The notes beneath the pieces were generated by a model that was not told where the DNA came from, searched no databases, and saw only the letters and a program-made list of their open reading frames with translations. 64,000 bases of DNA from an uncultured Christensenellaceae bacterium (GTDB lineage Bacteria > Bacillota > Clostridia > Christensenellales > UBA3700): positions 36,913 through 100,912 of the forward strand of contig CALWRI010000002.1 of assembly GCA_944383905.1 (NCBI GenBank), read 5' to 3'. The position numbers were made by a program, and so were the translations under genes. How positions within the stretch are numbered: the first letter of the stretch is position 1; every line of letters begins with the position of its first letter. This document shows, piece after piece, positions 61,857-64,000 of this stretch.

Positions 61857-63056
61857 ATGGCAGCAAACAAAATTTCCGACAGAATATACAGCGTGGGAGT
61901 TCAGAATCCCGACCTGCGCGTGTTCGATATCGTCATGGCGACGAAATACGGCACAAGCTACAACTCATATATCGTCAAGGGTGAGGAAGTCGCGCTCATC
62001 GAGGCGTCTCACGCCGACTTCGAAGGCGTATACGAAGAAAACATACGTCAGGTCGTCGATCCCGCAAAGATAAAATACGTCATTCTCAACCACACCGAGC
62101 CCGACCATTCGGGTGCGCTCAAAGACATACTCAGGCTGTGCCCCGAAGCGACGGTGCTCGCAAGCGCGGTCGCGCTCAACTACCTGAAAAACATCGTCAA
62201 CGAGCCGTTCAATTCCCGTCCCGTTAAAGACGGCGAAGTGCTCGACCTCGGCGGCGTAACGCTCAACTTTACGACTGCACCCCTTCTTCACTGGCCGGAC
62301 AGCATTTTCACATATTGTCCCGAAGAAAAAACCCTTTTCAGCTGCGACGTATTCGGCTCGCATTACAGCAGCGACAAGACGTTCGACAAGGACATTGCAG
62401 ACGTCGACGGATACAAAGAGGCTTTCAAGGGTTATTACGACGCGATATTCGGGCCCTTCAAACCCTTTGTCGTCGCGGGTATGGCGAAGATAGCGAAATA
62501 CCCGTTCGAGACGGTATGCCCGAGCCACGGACCCGTGCTCACCAAGGAAGGACTCCTCCCCTACGTCCTTGACAGTTACCGCGCGTGGAGCAAGCCCGTA
62601 AGGAACGCCGTTAAAACGGTGCCCGTCTTCTACTGCTCCGCTTACGGCTGCACTGCGAAACTCGCTGCCGCGATCGTCGACGGCGTAAAAGAAGTCATAC
62701 CCGACGCAAATTGCGAAGCGTACGATCTGATAAAGAACGATATGGCTGTCATGCGCGAAAAACTCAACTCGTCCGACGCATTCGCAGTCGGCTCTCCGAC
62801 CCTGAACGCAGACGCGGTTCCCCCCGTGTGGGATCTGCTCGCGGGCATTGACGCGATCAATATCCGCAAGAGACCCGTGGCGGTATTCGGTTCTTTCGGC
62901 TGGAGCGGCGAAGCCGTCCCCAATCTCGTATCGAGACTGACTTCTCTCAAGACCGCCGTCGTCGGAGAAGGCTTCAAAGTATGCTTCGTCCCGACCGACG
63001 CCGACCTCGAAGCGGCGAAGGAATACGGCAAGCAGCTCGCCGCGTCGATAAAATAA
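61857..63056 (+). CDS. FprA-family flavodiiron protein (metallo-beta-lactamase-like plus flavodoxin domains)
   Basis: LNHTEPDHSGAL di-iron motif and a C-terminal flavodoxin fold. RBS is AAAGGAG. It starts 30 nt after the nrdD-like gene. Confidence 0.9.
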   Translation: MAANKISDRIYSVGVQNPDLRVFDIVMATKYGTSYNSYIVKGEEVALIEASHADFEGVYEENIRQVVDPAKIKYVILNHTEPDHSGALKDILRLCPEATVLASAVALNYLKNIVNEPFNSRPVKDGEVLDLGGVTLNFTTAPLLHWPDSIFTYCPEEKTLFSCDVFGSHYSSDKTFDKDIADVDGYKEAFKGYYDAIFGPFKPFVVAGMAKIAKYPFETVCPSHGPVLTKEGLLPYVLDSYRAWSKPVRNAVKTVPVFYCSAYGCTAKLAAAIVDGVKEVIPDANCEAYDLIKNDMAVMREKLNSSDAFAVGSPTLNADAVPPVWDLLAGIDAINIRKRPVAVFGSFGWSGEAVPNLVSRLTSLKTAVVGEGFKVCFVPTDADLEAAKEYGKQLAASIK

Positions 63057-63077
63057 CCCTTTATTCAGGAGTAAAAA

Positions 63078-63106
63078 ATACGATCCGTTGCCGGGTCGTA
63101 TTTTTT
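63078..63106 (+). terminator. rho-independent terminator of the nrdD-like/fprA operon
   Basis: ATACGATCCG-ttgc-CGGGTCGTAT (10 bp with one G.U pair), followed by T6. Confidence 0.85.
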
Positions 63107-63252
63107 CATGCCTTAAACGCGCCTGCGGTTGCTCTCGAATCAATCACTTTCCCAACCGACGGCTTTGCTTTTCTCTCGGCATTAGCTTGACTGAAAAATC
63201 AAAAAAACGCTTGACGTTACGCGCAAAATATCCGCAGCGGAAAAAACGAGGT

Positions 63253-63278
63253 AAAAAAAATCCGACCAGAAGGTCGGA
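63253..63278 (-). terminator. rho-independent terminator of thrC
   Basis: On the minus strand: TCCGACC-ttct-GGTCGGA followed by T8. Confidence 0.85.
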
Positions 63279-63284
63279 TGAATT

Positions 63285-64000
63285 TTAAGCGTTTGCCGCC
63301 TGTTTGCAATATTCGACGACTTTGTCGGCTATCTTGCTCCTGTCAATGACTTCCTCAAAGCGGACCGGTCTGTCCTTGAGCCCGTTAAGAGGCTCGGGCA
63401 CTTCCTCTCCCGTAACTTCGTGGAGCTTTTCGGTCGCCGTGAACGCGTCCTCTATCTTCTCGCCGCCGACCGCTTCGTAAACGTCTGCGGGGAATTTGTA
63501 CGCGTTTGCGGTGGAAACGACGACTGTCGGAGTCTTGTCCTCCGTCTCGTCCTCATAATCGCAGTAAACTCCGTAAGCGACTGCGGTGTGAGTATCCATC
63601 AGGTAGCCGTACTCGTCCATGGCGAAGGCAATGGTCTCCTTGGTCTCCTCGTCGTCCGCATATCCTACCGAGAACAAGGCTTTGAGCATTTCAAGCTCTC
63701 TCTCCGTGATCTCGTATCTGCCTTTCGTCTTGAGGTCGCTCATACGCTGCGCGATCAGCTTGTCGTCTCTGCCGCAGATCTCGAAAAGCAGTCTTTCGAG
63801 GTTTGACGATATGAGAATGTCCATCGACGGGGAGATCGTCTTGTGGAACTCTCTGTTGATGTCGTAAACGCCCGTCTCGAAGAAGTCGGTGAGGACGTGA
63901 TTGACGTTGGACGCGCAAATGAGTCTGTTTACTCCTACGCCCATCTGCATTGCGTAGTATGCGGCGAGGATATTGCCGAAGTTGCCGCTCGGAACGCAGA
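63285..64000 (-). CDS. thrC: threonine synthase, C-terminal part; gene runs off the right edge
   Basis: NRLICASNVNHVLTDFFETGVYD...ISPSMDILISSNLERLLF...DTHTAVA. The reading frame stays open to position 64000. Confidence 0.88.
   Translation of the reverse strand, partial: CVPSGNFGNILAAYYAMQMGVGVNRLICASNVNHVLTDFFETGVYDINREFHKTISPSMDILISSNLERLLFEICGRDDKLIAQRMSDLKTKGRYEITERELEMLKALFSVGYADDEETKETIAFAMDEYGYLMDTHTAVAYGVYCDYEDETEDKTPTVVVSTANAYKFPADVYEAVGGEKIEDAFTATEKLHEVTGEEVPEPLNGLKDRPVRFEEVIDRSKIADKVVEYCKQAANA

Overview
This window reads like the core chromosome of a spore-forming anaerobic Firmicute. The gene set is Clostridia-like: spoIVA, a T-box leader, an [FeFe]-hydrogenase, GGGtGRT, DUF4364, DUF512-der and hprK. 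I call 62 protein-coding genes plus one tentative 12-codon uORF. 48 of the 62 are on the minus strand, and many have 1-16 nt start/stop overlaps, which implies long co-directional operons. I also call one T-box riboswitch and a set of sigma-A-like promoters and rho-independent terminators. The content is mostly amino-acid and central metabolism plus translation and repair: aroA-aroB-DAHP synthase, leuA, a TrpB-like enzyme, trpS, tyrS, ilvE, serC-serA, thrC, GTP-PEPCK, uvrC, hprK, der and RNase J. I saw no rRNA or tRNA genes, CRISPR array, transposase, integrase or phage genes. A strong G/C preference at codon position 3 produces very long antisense shadow ORFs (up to 819 aa), which I rejected. 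Items worth a second look: (1) An ArsR/SmtB repressor sits divergent from a 53-aa, 10-Cys peptide that is absent from the ORF track, with a convergent 80-aa, 17-Cys protein beside spoIVA. (2) A Crp/Fnr regulator, a perfect 18-bp palindrome, a stand-alone 88-aa NrdD-type glycyl-radical-domain protein and a flavodiiron protein form one compact module. (3) trpS, DUF5685, a cysteine-string J-domain protein, a membrane protein and a DUF3810 metalloprotease form one operon. (4) A NifU-like / GGGtGRT gene pair. (5) Two 700-800 bp gene-free gaps are each bounded by a terminator and a promoter. One shares a 22-nt identical, 10-bp-phased AT-rich element with the region downstream of spoIVA. (6) The TrpB-like gene has a ~210-nt leader with a Trp-containing 12-codon uORF and a hairpin followed by U7. 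All functional calls come from motif recognition by eye and recalled family signatures. No database search was possible.
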